This document shows positions 7,218 through 19,352 of a stretch of DNA of 37,987 nucleotides, piece after piece. Below the pieces are notes generated by a model that ran no database searches, was not told where the DNA came from, and saw only the letters and a list, made by a program, of their open reading frames with translations. A program made the position numbers and the translations under genes. Source of the DNA: an uncultured Gammaproteobacteria bacterium (GTDB lineage Bacteria > Patescibacteriota > Microgenomatia > Levybacterales > UBA12049); assembly GCA_964389405.1 (NCBI GenBank), contig CAYMDS010000002.1, positions 1-37,987 on the forward strand, read 5' to 3'. The first letter of the stretch is position 1. Each line of letters begins with the position of its first letter.

Positions 7218-8587
7218 AATACCAACCAATCATCGGACTGGAGGTTCATGTCGAACTAAAAACAAAATCGAAAATGTTTTGCGGATGTTCTGCTTCATAT
7301 TTCGGAAAAGAACCTAATACCCATACATGCCCTGTTTGCTTAGGATTACCCGGCGCACTTCCTGTACCAAATAAAAAAGCAATTGAATGGTGCGTGATGA
7401 TAGGTCTTGCTTTAAACTGCAAGATAAACGAATTTTCTAAATTTGACAGAAAGAATTATTTTTATCCAGATCTTTCTAAAGGCTATCAGATTAGTCAATA
7501 TGACATGCCTTTTGGTGAAAATGGATATATCTTACTAAAAAACGGTAAAAAAATTGCCATTAGACGAGTACACATGGAAGAGGACACAGGAAAATTGATA
7601 CATGAAGGAGATAGCAGTTTAATAGACTTTAATAGGAGTGGAGTACCACTGGTTGAAATCGTCACTGAACCGGATTTTACTGATGCGCTAGAGGTTAAAG
7701 AGTATCTCCAAAGACTTCAACAAATCGTCCGCTACTTGGATGTCTCAAATGCAGATATGGAAAAAGGAGAAATGAGGCTTGAACCGAATATCTCACTTCT
7801 AGAGTTGTCATTGCGAGGAACCGAAGGTGACAAAGCAATCTCAAAGAGATCGCTTCACTCCGTTCGCGATGACAAAAAATTTGAACTTCCCAAGTATAAA
7901 GTTGAAGTAAAGAATATTAATTCTTTCAAATTCGTTGAAAAAGCAATTAACTATGAACTGAAGCGCCAAGAGGAGATACTTGAAAAAGGCGAAACGCCCA
8001 TTCAGGAAACCCGCGGTTGGAATGAGAATAAGCAGAAGACATTCTCTCAACGTTCTAAAGAAGATGCTCACGATTATAGATACTTTCCGGAACCGGACAT
8101 CCCCCCGGTGAGAACTCTCAACTCTCAGCTCTCAACTCTCAGCTCCAACATGCCGGAATTGCCGGATGCGAAATTTGAACGCTTTCAGAAAGAGTATTCA
8201 CTCCCCGCTTACGACGCAGAAATTTTAACTAGAGAAAAACACATGGCAGAATTATTTGAAAAAATAGCAAGAGAAGCGGTGAATGAAGAGATAACTCCTA
8301 AACAAGTTGCGAATATAATTATTAACAAAAAAATCGACATTGCTAACTCTTCGCCATCAGATTTAATTAACACTATTAAACAAACAGTTCAAGTATCCCA
8401 AATAGACCCAACCGCCCTAAATGCAGCTGTTGAAGAAGTTATATCTGAAAACCAGAAAGCGGTAGACGATTATAAAAAAGGCAAAACTACTGTAATAATG
8501 TTTCTAGTCGGTCAAGTCATGAAAAAATTAGATGGAAAAGCCAACGCTAATTTGGTAAAAACCCAACTTGAGAAAACTTTAAAATAA
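7214..8587 (+). CDS. gatB: Asp/Glu-tRNA amidotransferase subunit B
   Basis: GLEVHVEL, CPVCLGLPGALP, KNYFYPDL, RVHMEEDTGK, VEVKNINSF and DYRYFPEPD are present, plus a C-terminal GatB_Yqey-like tail. It contains an in-frame palindromic insert and a 14-bp tandem duplication (see findings). Confidence 0.95.
   Translation: MKYQPIIGLEVHVELKTKSKMFCGCSASYFGKEPNTHTCPVCLGLPGALPVPNKKAIEWCVMIGLALNCKINEFSKFDRKNYFYPDLSKGYQISQYDMPFGENGYILLKNGKKIAIRRVHMEEDTGKLIHEGDSSLIDFNRSGVPLVEIVTEPDFTDALEVKEYLQRLQQIVRYLDVSNADMEKGEMRLEPNISLLELSLRGTEGDKAISKRSLHSVRDDKKFELPKYKVEVKNINSFKFVEKAINYELKRQEEILEKGETPIQETRGWNENKQKTFSQRSKEDAHDYRYFPEPDIPPVRTLNSQLSTLSSNMPELPDAKFERFQKEYSLPAYDAEILTREKHMAELFEKIAREAVNEEITPKQVANIIINKKIDIANSSPSDLINTIKQTVQVSQIDPTALNAAVEEVISENQKAVDDYKKGKTTVIMFLVGQVMKKLDGKANANLVKTQLEKTLK
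7807..7873. repeat. Decayed palindromic (REP/MITE-like) element inserted in-frame within gatB
   Basis: The outer arms GTCATTGCGAG (7807-7817) and TTCGCGATGAC (7863-7873) are inverted complements with G-U/one-mismatch tolerance. The inner arms AATCTC (7837-7842) and GAGAT (7846-7850) flank an AAA loop. It encodes about 22 extra residues (SLRGTEGDKAISKRSLHSVRDDK) between conserved GatB blocks. Confidence 0.7.
8115..8142 (+). repeat. Perfect 14-bp tandem duplication (CTCTCAACTCTCAG x2) inside gatB
   Basis: 8115-8128 equals 8129-8142, followed by a partial third copy, CTC. It encodes LNSQLSTLS between the PDIPP and PELP motifs. Confidence 0.9.
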
Positions 8588-8617
8588 GTTCAGCATGACA
8601 TTTTACATTTTGTTAAA

Positions 8618-11600
8618 ATGTATAATATGTCAGGCTTCATTCATCTCCATAACCACACAGAGTATTCTCTTCTTGATGGCTTAAGTAAAGTTAAAAAAAT
8701 GGCAGAGAGGGCAAAAGAGCTGGATATGAATGCATTGGCCATTACAGACCACGGGGGAATGTATGGTGTAATTAAATTCTATCAAGCTTGTAAAAATATT
8801 GGCATAAAACCGATAATAGGATGTGAAATCTATGTCGCTAAACGATCTCTAAGAGATAAAGAAGCAGGTGTTGATAAAAATTATAACCACCTTATTCTTC
8901 TTGCGAAAGATAACATAGGATATAAAAATCTACTTAAAATAGTGTCGACCTCCTGGCTTGAAGGATATTATTATAAACCTCGTTCAGACATAGAACTATT
9001 AACAAACCACAGCGAAGGACTCATATGCCTTAGTGCATGCGTTAATGGATATATTAGCGATCCCCTACTGAATGATGAAGACCTCGAAGCTGAAAGGCGC
9101 GCAATAACGCTTTCTAGAATCTTCGGTGAAGGTAATTTTTATATTGAGCTTCAAAGGCATATTGACGTTCCGCCCCAAAAAAAAGCCAATGAAAAACTGA
9201 TAGCGCTTTCGAAAAAACTAGGAATTCCAGTTGTCGCGACGAATGACAATCACTATACGAATAATGATGATTCCGAGGCTCAAGAGGTACTTTTATGCTT
9301 ACAAACCCAAAGCACACTTGAGGAAAAAGGGCGGAAATTATCAATGATATCTTCTCCTGACTTTTATATAAAATCTACTCAAGAAATGACACAACTTTTT
9401 GCCGATATACCGGAGGCTATCCATAATACCCAAAAAATCGCAGATATGTGTAACGTAGAAATAACCCTAGGGAAATGGATAATGCCGAAATTTGATGTTC
9501 CTTTGGGAAAGACTACTGGAGAATATCTGACTACACTTGTCTATGCAGGAGCGGAAAAACGATATCCGCAAATGTCAGACAAATATATACCAGACCCCAA
9601 GAAACCTGAGAAAATATCGAAAGAAACTATAATTGATCGTATTGAGTACGAACTATCAATTATCTTAAAGAAGAAGTATGAAACTTATTTTCTGGTGGTA
9701 TCCGATTTCGTTAACTGGGCAAAAAATCAGAATATTGCAGTAGGCCCCGGAAGAGGATCTGCTGCAGGATCTATAGTATCGTACTGTCTTCGGATTACAG
9801 ACGTTGATCCATTCTTCTTTTCCCTTCCATTTGAAAGGTTTCTAAATCCGGACAGACCTTCTGCGCCTGATATAGATTTAGACTTTGCAGACACCAGGCG
9901 CGAGGAAGTCATAAAGTATGTCACTGAAAAATACGGAAAAGATAAAGTAGCTCAAATAATTACTTTTGGATCGATGGAGGCAAGGGCGGCTGTCCGTGAT
10001 GTCGGACGCGTACTTGGATACCCTTATGCAGTGCCGGACAGAATATCAAAGCTAATTCCACCTGGATGGCAAGGGCATGCTATGACTATTGATATGGCGC
10101 TTGAACAAAGTCCTGATCTGAAACGTTCTTATCTTTCTGAACCAGATACGAAAAGAATATTAGATCTTGCCCGACATCTGGAAGGCGTTGCACGCCATGC
10201 ATCAGTCCATGCAGCGGGTGTAGTTATCGCAGATAAACCACTTACCGAATACGTACCTCTTCAAAGAGAAACCAACGGTGAAAAAGTGGTCACACAGTTT
10301 GATATGTATACTGTAGGTGAAGACGGAGTCGGGCTTTTGAAAATGGACTTTCTGGGACTTCGGAATTTAACTATTATCGAGGAATCATTACGTTTTATAA
10401 AACAAAATCAAAACAAACTTATCGATTTTAGGGATGTACCCCTTGATGATCCGAAAACATTTGCTCTTCTTTCACAAGGCGAAACTACAGGGATTTTTCA
10501 ACTCGAGTCTGCGGGCATGCGCCGTTATATTAAAGATCTTAGGCCTACGTCTATATTCGATCTTCAAGCAATGGTAGCTCTTTATAGACCAGGTCCTATG
10601 AATATTATCCCTGAATTTATAAAAAGAAAACACAACCCATCACTCATAAGCTATCCTGACGAACGATTGAAAGAAATTCTTAAAGAGTCTTATGGAGTCA
10701 TCACGTTTCAGGATGATGTACTTTTAACAGCTATAACTCTAGCAGGGTATTCATGGCTTGATGCAGATAAATTCCGCAAGGCTATGGGTAAAAAAATTCC
10801 ATCCGAAATGAAAAAACAAGAAGAGATGTTTATAGAAGGATGCGTTAAAAATGGAATGTCAAAAGAAAAAGCTCTCAACATATTTCAATTAATAGCACCA
10901 TTTGCAGGGTATGGCTTTAATAAGGCGCATGCCGCCTGTTATGCAACCATCGCATTTCGAACTGCATATCTAAAAGCGAACTATCCTGTAGAATTCATGA
11001 CTGCTCTTCTAACTGCTGAATCAAGGGGAACAACTGGCCCGGTAAAAAATGAAAAAATAGCCCAAGCAGTGGCAGAATGTAAGCGCCTAAACGTACAAGT
11101 ACTCCGGCCGGATATTAACAAATCAGAAGCAGACTTCGTTATAGAAGATCATACAAAGGTGCGCTTCGGCTTCTCTGCCATAAAAAATGTGGGCTCTGCA
11201 GCAATTGAGTCGATACTGTCTGCAAGATCTATAAAGTCCTTTACAGATCTTTTCGATTTCTGTTCCCGCGTAGACCTTGCGAAAGTAAATAAAAAAACAC
11301 TTGAAAGCCTTATAAAAGCAGGGGCTTTGGATGATTTTGGGAATCGCGCATCTCTTCTTATAGCTATGCCTGAAATAATGCAAAAATGTCATCAAATTAA
11401 AAAGCAGGCACAAGAAGGACAATCTCTGCTTTTTGGTGATACTGATGAAGCTTTAAATATTGATAGACATAAAGTTACAGATGTTGAGGATTTTACTCTG
11501 AATGAAAAATTGCTATTTGAGAAAGAATATCTGGGGTTCTATCTTACCTCTCATCCCCAACTAGATATGTTATCTTATATTAAATCAAGGATTTCTCATG

Positions 11601-11902
11601 AAATAGATGTACTTGAGGCGGAAAAAGAAGGAACAATAGTCAAGATTGGCGGTATTATCGAAACTTCCCGAAGGATTCTTACGAAAAAAACTCAGACAGA
11701 AATGGCATTCATATCGATAGGTGATGAGAAAGGAGTTACTATAGAATGTGTTATTTTCCCCCGAGTTTTTGAACAGTATAAAAGTCTTTTGATAAATGAC
11801 ACAGTAGTAGTAATCGAAGGAAGGCTTGATATGAAAGATGATAGACCAGTGATAATAGCTGACAGGATTTATTCAGCAAGAAGTCTAAGTGGTGCAAATT
11901 GA
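8618..11902 (+). CDS. dnaE: DNA polymerase III alpha subunit
   Basis: The PHP N-terminus is HLHNHTEYSLLDG. The palm/fingers motifs GPGRGSAAGS, PDIDLDF and FNKAHAACYA are present, with a C-terminal OB fold. ATG 8627 (MSGF...) is an equally plausible start. Confidence 0.95.
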   Translation: MYNMSGFIHLHNHTEYSLLDGLSKVKKMAERAKELDMNALAITDHGGMYGVIKFYQACKNIGIKPIIGCEIYVAKRSLRDKEAGVDKNYNHLILLAKDNIGYKNLLKIVSTSWLEGYYYKPRSDIELLTNHSEGLICLSACVNGYISDPLLNDEDLEAERRAITLSRIFGEGNFYIELQRHIDVPPQKKANEKLIALSKKLGIPVVATNDNHYTNNDDSEAQEVLLCLQTQSTLEEKGRKLSMISSPDFYIKSTQEMTQLFADIPEAIHNTQKIADMCNVEITLGKWIMPKFDVPLGKTTGEYLTTLVYAGAEKRYPQMSDKYIPDPKKPEKISKETIIDRIEYELSIILKKKYETYFLVVSDFVNWAKNQNIAVGPGRGSAAGSIVSYCLRITDVDPFFFSLPFERFLNPDRPSAPDIDLDFADTRREEVIKYVTEKYGKDKVAQIITFGSMEARAAVRDVGRVLGYPYAVPDRISKLIPPGWQGHAMTIDMALEQSPDLKRSYLSEPDTKRILDLARHLEGVARHASVHAAGVVIADKPLTEYVPLQRETNGEKVVTQFDMYTVGEDGVGLLKMDFLGLRNLTIIEESLRFIKQNQNKLIDFRDVPLDDPKTFALLSQGETTGIFQLESAGMRRYIKDLRPTSIFDLQAMVALYRPGPMNIIPEFIKRKHNPSLISYPDERLKEILKESYGVITFQDDVLLTAITLAGYSWLDADKFRKAMGKKIPSEMKKQEEMFIEGCVKNGMSKEKALNIFQLIAPFAGYGFNKAHAACYATIAFRTAYLKANYPVEFMTALLTAESRGTTGPVKNEKIAQAVAECKRLNVQVLRPDINKSEADFVIEDHTKVRFGFSAIKNVGSAAIESILSARSIKSFTDLFDFCSRVDLAKVNKKTLESLIKAGALDDFGNRASLLIAMPEIMQKCHQIKKQAQEGQSLLFGDTDEALNIDRHKVTDVEDFTLNEKLLFEKEYLGFYLTSHPQLDMLSYIKSRISHEIDVLEAEKEGTIVKIGGIIETSRRILTKKTQTEMAFISIGDEKGVTIECVIFPRVFEQYKSLLINDTVVVIEGRLDMKDDRPVIIADRIYSARSLSGAN

Positions 11903-11911
11903 TTTGTACAC

Positions 11912-11940
11912 TTGACTTCATCATTTTATACATTTAAAAT
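11912..11940 (+). promoter_or_regulatory. Sigma70-like promoter of the atp operon
   Basis: TTGACT (11912-11917), a 17-nt spacer and TAAAAT (11935-11940). The atpB ATG is at 11950. Confidence 0.55.
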
Positions 11941-11949
11941 TATGAGGCT

Positions 11950-13019
<1,070 letters not shown>

Positions 13020-13050
13020 TTAAAATATACCAGAAGGTGATCTCAATCAA

Positions 13051-13090
13051 TTTCAATTAATCTCAACTAATAACTAGAGATTAATTGAAA
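13051..13090 (+). repeat. Perfect 14-bp inverted repeat (stem-loop) in the atpE-atpF spacer
   Basis: TTTCAATTAATCTC (13051-13064) and GAGATTAATTGAAA (13077-13090) are separated by a 12-nt loop. Confidence 0.85.
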
Positions 13091-13133
13091 CTAGTAGAGA
13101 TTTATTATATTTCAAGGTTTGAGATAATAAAAT

Positions 13134-13640
13134 ATGGAAATTTTAAATAATTTTGGATTTGAACCAATTCTTTTTCTTGCACAAATTGTAAATTTTTTAA
13201 TCATTTATCTTCTGATGAAAAAATTTCTATATAATCCACTTCTTAAAACCATAAAGGAAAGAAAGCTTAAAATCGAAGAAGGACTTAAAAATACTGAAGA
13301 CTCTGAAAAGCTCTTGGCATATGCCTCAAAAAAAGAACACGAAATTCTGAAGAATGCTCAAGCTGAGGCAAAAAAGCTTCTAGAAGAAGCGAAAGCTAAA
13401 CATGATTATCTCCTCAAGCAAACTGAAGAGGATACTAAGAGACGTGTTGAAAAAATGCTGGACGATGCAAGAGCCCAAATACGGATAGATTCAGCTGCCG
13501 CTGAAAAAAGATTGGCAAAAGAAGTAGCTCGAGTATCAGCACATATCCTCCAAGAATCTCTTACAGGATTTTTTACACCTGAAGATCAGGAAGCTATTGT
13601 TAGAAAAGCATTAAAAAGCTTGAAAAAAAAGGCGGATTAA
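13134..13640 (+). CDS. atpF: F0F1 ATP synthase subunit b
   Basis: It has a single N-terminal TM helix followed by a long charged coiled coil. Its operon position also fits. Confidence 0.82.
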   Translation: MEILNNFGFEPILFLAQIVNFLIIYLLMKKFLYNPLLKTIKERKLKIEEGLKNTEDSEKLLAYASKKEHEILKNAQAEAKKLLEEAKAKHDYLLKQTEEDTKRRVEKMLDDARAQIRIDSAAAEKRLAKEVARVSAHILQESLTGFFTPEDQEAIVRKALKSLKKKAD

Positions 13641-13644
13641 AAAA

Positions 13645-15564
13645 ATGGCAAATTATGATATTACCAGCATCTTAAAAGAAAGCACAATTCAGGGAAAACT
13701 TGACGATAAAAAAATAACAGAAATTGCGGATAGCCTTAATAAAACATCTCTTAAAAAATACATCAAAATTCTCAAAAAAAGCCAGCAGTCCAAGCAAGTG
13801 ATTATTGACGTACCTCAAAATAAAAAAGATGCATATATTCACGATCTGCAAGATTTATTCCCGGATAAAACAATAATTATTAGAGAGAATCCAAATTTAC
13901 TTCTAGGTATTAAAATATCTACAAATGACGAAGTTGTGGATATTAGTCTAAAGCATGAATTTGAAAAACTCATAGATTACATTGAGCAAACAGAATATTC
14001 ATCTTCACCAAAAATTACAGGAGAAGACATCATAGCGCAACTTGAAAACCGGCTGAACTCATATACTTCAGAGAAAGATTATCAATTTGAAAATATCGGT
14101 AAGGTGGAAAAAAATAGCGACGGGGTAATACTAGCAAACGGACTATCAAAAGTTGCTATGGGAGAATTAGTAAGCTTCGAAGGCGAAAATAATAATCTAA
14201 GAGGATTCGTACTAAATCTTTCTGAAGATATTGCGTCAATTATCCTATTAGGACCAAGTACTGCTATTAAAGAAGGGGACATCGTAAAGAGAACAAAAAC
14301 TCATTTAAGTATTCCTGTACGTGAGGAAATTATAGGACGCGTCGTGGATCCCCTCGGACTACCTCTAGATGGAAAAGCCCAAATAAAAAACGGTATCCTT
14401 ATGCCTCTTGAAAAAATTGCTGTAGGCGTAGTGGACAGAGAGCCTGTAGATACTCCACTAAAAACTGGAATAAAAGCCATAGACTCAATGATACCAATCG
14501 GAAGAGGCCAAAGAGAACTTATTATAGGAGACAGAGGTATTGGAAAAACAGCCATCGCTATTGACACTATTATTAATCAAAAGCTATATAACAAATCCAA
14601 ACGTCAAGAAACCAAAGATCAAAAACCTATTATTTGTGTTTATGTCGCAATCGGCCAGAAACAAAGTTCTATTGCGCAAACCATTGAAATTTTACGGGAA
14701 AAAGGAGCGATGGAATATACTACAGTAGTTGCTGCTCCCTCTAGTGCACCTGCCGCGCTTCAATACCTTGCTCCGTATGCTGGATGCGCAATTGCAGAAT
14801 ATTTTATGGAGAAAGGACAGGACGTCCTTATAGTTTACGATGATCTGACTAAACATGCATGGGCGTATAGACAACTATCTTTGGTTCTGAATCGTCCGGC
14901 TGGAAGAGAAGCCTACCCCGGTGATATTTTTTACCTTCACAGCAGACTATTAGAAAGAGCTGTTAAATTGAATAAAAAAAACGGTGGTGGTTCTATTACA
15001 GCTCTTCCCATTATAGAAACACAGGCAAGCGATATGTCAGCATATATACCTACAAATGTTATATCAATTACTGATGGGCAAATATACTTAGAACAAAGTC
15101 TTTTTAATATAGGTATCAGACCTGCAATAAATCCGGGTAATTCAGTGTCCAGGGTAGGCGGGGCAGCCCAAACTAAAGCCATTAAATCAGTTGCAGGTAA
15201 ACTCCGGCTTGAACTGGCTCAGTACAATTCACTTGCGGCATTTGCTCAATTTGGAAGCGAACTTGATGAAACAACTCTCAAACAGCTTGAGCGAGGAAAA
15301 AGGATTGTCGAAATACTTAATCAGCCGCAGTTCAGTCCCCTATCTGAATCTTTAGAGATTGTCAGCATTTGGGCAGCCACAGCAGGGTTATTAGATGATA
15401 TCGCCGTTGAAAAAGTTTCCGACTTTGAGAAAGCTATGCATGAGTATATTTCACTCCATGGGAAAAAAATACTAGAGGATTTGGGCTCAGGCGAAAAGTT
15501 ATCTGAACAGACTCTAGAATCATTAAGGAAATTAGGGGAACAATTTAAAAAATCATTCATCTAA
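13645..15564 (+). CDS. atpA: F1 ATP synthase alpha subunit with an N-terminal truncated delta (OSCP)-like domain fused in frame
   Basis: From about residue 120 onward it is a canonical alpha subunit (Walker A GDRGIGKT, VYDDLTKHA, ITDGQIYLE). Residues 1 to about 118 end in NPNLLLGIKISTNDEVVDISLKHEFEKL, which resembles the OSCP/delta C-terminal motif. No separate atpH ORF exists in the operon. Confidence 0.9.
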   Translation: MANYDITSILKESTIQGKLDDKKITEIADSLNKTSLKKYIKILKKSQQSKQVIIDVPQNKKDAYIHDLQDLFPDKTIIIRENPNLLLGIKISTNDEVVDISLKHEFEKLIDYIEQTEYSSSPKITGEDIIAQLENRLNSYTSEKDYQFENIGKVEKNSDGVILANGLSKVAMGELVSFEGENNNLRGFVLNLSEDIASIILLGPSTAIKEGDIVKRTKTHLSIPVREEIIGRVVDPLGLPLDGKAQIKNGILMPLEKIAVGVVDREPVDTPLKTGIKAIDSMIPIGRGQRELIIGDRGIGKTAIAIDTIINQKLYNKSKRQETKDQKPIICVYVAIGQKQSSIAQTIEILREKGAMEYTTVVAAPSSAPAALQYLAPYAGCAIAEYFMEKGQDVLIVYDDLTKHAWAYRQLSLVLNRPAGREAYPGDIFYLHSRLLERAVKLNKKNGGGSITALPIIETQASDMSAYIPTNVISITDGQIYLEQSLFNIGIRPAINPGNSVSRVGGAAQTKAIKSVAGKLRLELAQYNSLAAFAQFGSELDETTLKQLERGKRIVEILNQPQFSPLSESLEIVSIWAATAGLLDDIAVEKVSDFEKAMHEYISLHGKKILEDLGSGEKLSEQTLESLRKLGEQFKKSFI

Positions 15565-15632
15565 AATAGAATCTGACGCTTAAAGGCTTTTCATGCTAAA
15601 CGCTGAAGCTATGAGTCCTAAATAATAAATAT

Positions 15633-17901
<2,269 letters not shown>

Positions 17902-17956
17902 CTTTCAGTCATTATAAAAATTAAAGCTCACTAAATTCTGATACTCATATTAATGT

Positions 17957-18373
17957 ATGTTACTGGAAATAATTACCCCTGAAAAATCTGTATTACAAGA
18001 AGAGATTGATGAGCTACTGGCACCAACCGCTGCTGGCCAAATTGGAATCCTACCCTATCATGTAAATTTGGTAACAGTGCTTACAACAGGCGAGCTCATA
18101 ATAAAAAAGGGGGGGAAAGAAAAAATATTTGCCATAATCGGCGGTTTCTTGGAGATACATAATAATAAAATTTCAATACTTGCTGATTATGCTGCACATG
18201 CTGATGATATTAATGTCGATGAGGCTCTTAATGCACAAAAACGGGCGGAAGAGGTGTTAAGAAAAGGACGGGAGGAAGTATCAGAACGGGATTTTGCACT
18301 TGCTGAAGCAGAACTTCGCAAATCAATTCTTCAAATTAATGTGGGAAAGAAAAGAAAATTAAGAAATATCTAA
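17957..18373 (+). CDS. atpC: F1 ATP synthase epsilon subunit
   Basis: It has a beta-sandwich N-terminus (EIITPE...GQIGILPYHVNL) and a helical C-terminus. It is the last gene of the operon. Confidence 0.85.
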   Translation: MLLEIITPEKSVLQEEIDELLAPTAAGQIGILPYHVNLVTVLTTGELIIKKGGKEKIFAIIGGFLEIHNNKISILADYAAHADDINVDEALNAQKRAEEVLRKGREEVSERDFALAEAELRKSILQINVGKKRKLRNI

Positions 18374-18378
18374 TTCTA

Positions 18379-19257
18379 CTAATCTGCGAACCAACGACTG
18401 AAAATACCGGTAGAGAGAAGTCTTCCTGATTTTTTTTCTTTTAATGCCAATTCTCCGCATTCTATTTCTCCCGAAAGATGAAAATCTGAAAGTAAATTAT
18501 TAAGCATTAATGCTGAAGCGCTTATTGCATATGCATTCACCCATACAAATAAAGGCTTATTTGAAAGCACTTTTTTACATAAATCAAGCAACTGAGGAAA
18601 GCTGTCATAAAAATTCCACAGCTCGCCATTCGGACCATGACCATATATGGGAGGATCCATTATGATTCCTTCATATCTTACGCCCCTCTTCACCTCACGA
18701 TTAACAAATTTTATAGCATCATCCAATATCCAGCGAATAGAGGCATCTTTTAACCCTGAGGTTATCTGGTTTTCTTTTGCCCACTGTATAGAAGGTTTTG
18801 AGGCATCTAAATGGGTTACCCTAGCGCCTGCTCTGGCGCAAATTAAGCTAGCAATGCCAGTATACGCAAACAAATTTAGTATATTTAGTTTATTAGTGAA
18901 TCTTGATTTATTAATCATTATTCTCTCCTGGAGCCATTCCCATTGCCCTGATTGTTCAGGAAAAACACCTGTATGCTTAAATGAAGAAAGTTTCACCCAT
19001 ATTTTTAACCCTTCATAGCCTATACTCCATCTTTCTGGTATATTAGTTTTTTTTATCCATCTTCCTTTCTCTGATTTAACTTCCGGAATTAAAAATGTAG
19101 CATCCGCTTTATCCCATTCAGAATCATTCAATCTAGGCTTCCAGATAGCTTGCGGGTCAGGACGAGATAAAACATATTTACCAAATCTCTCTAGCCTCCT
19201 TCCACCACCTGAATCTATCAAGTCATATTCAGACCAATTTGAATTTAGTATGATCAT
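18379..19257 (-). CDS. Class I SAM-dependent methyltransferase (RlmI/RlmK-like large-subunit rRNA methyltransferase family)
   Basis: The SAM-binding region is LNLFAYTGIASLICARAGARVTHLDAS, and the catalytic region motif is IIMDPPIYGHG. It is convergent with atpC, with 5 nt between the stops. Confidence 0.7.
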   Translation of the reverse strand: MIILNSNWSEYDLIDSGGGRRLERFGKYVLSRPDPQAIWKPRLNDSEWDKADATFLIPEVKSEKGRWIKKTNIPERWSIGYEGLKIWVKLSSFKHTGVFPEQSGQWEWLQERIMINKSRFTNKLNILNLFAYTGIASLICARAGARVTHLDASKPSIQWAKENQITSGLKDASIRWILDDAIKFVNREVKRGVRYEGIIMDPPIYGHGPNGELWNFYDSFPQLLDLCKKVLSNKPLFVWVNAYAISASALMLNNLLSDFHLSGEIECGELALKEKKSGRLLSTGIFSRWFAD

Positions 19258-19312
19258 ATGATGTGCATATTATACTATTTACAATTAACTATTTGCTATT
19301 CGCCAGATCTAT

Positions 19313-19341
19313 TTGCCTTAATCTTCAAAATCCCATAAAAT
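19313..19341 (+). promoter_or_regulatory. Sigma70-like promoter for the tRNA-Thr transcription unit
   Basis: TTGCCT (19313-19318), a 17-nt spacer and TAAAAT (19336-19341). The predicted start near 19348 is just before the tRNA-like fragment at 19353. Confidence 0.45.
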
Positions 19342-19352
19342 AAGCATTGTTT

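Noticed and set aside
8588-8626. TATAAT and the ACATTTTA/TAAAATGT inverted repeat just upstream of dnaE, as a possible promoter.
   Set aside because: The TATAAT overlaps codons 2-3 of the annotated start, so a transcript from it would begin inside the gene. No -35 lies at an acceptable spacing.
8618-11902. An intein or homing endonuclease insertion in dnaE.
   Set aside because: At 1094 aa the protein is normal or slightly short for DnaE. The conserved blocks are contiguous, with no Cys/Ser...HN splice-junction module.
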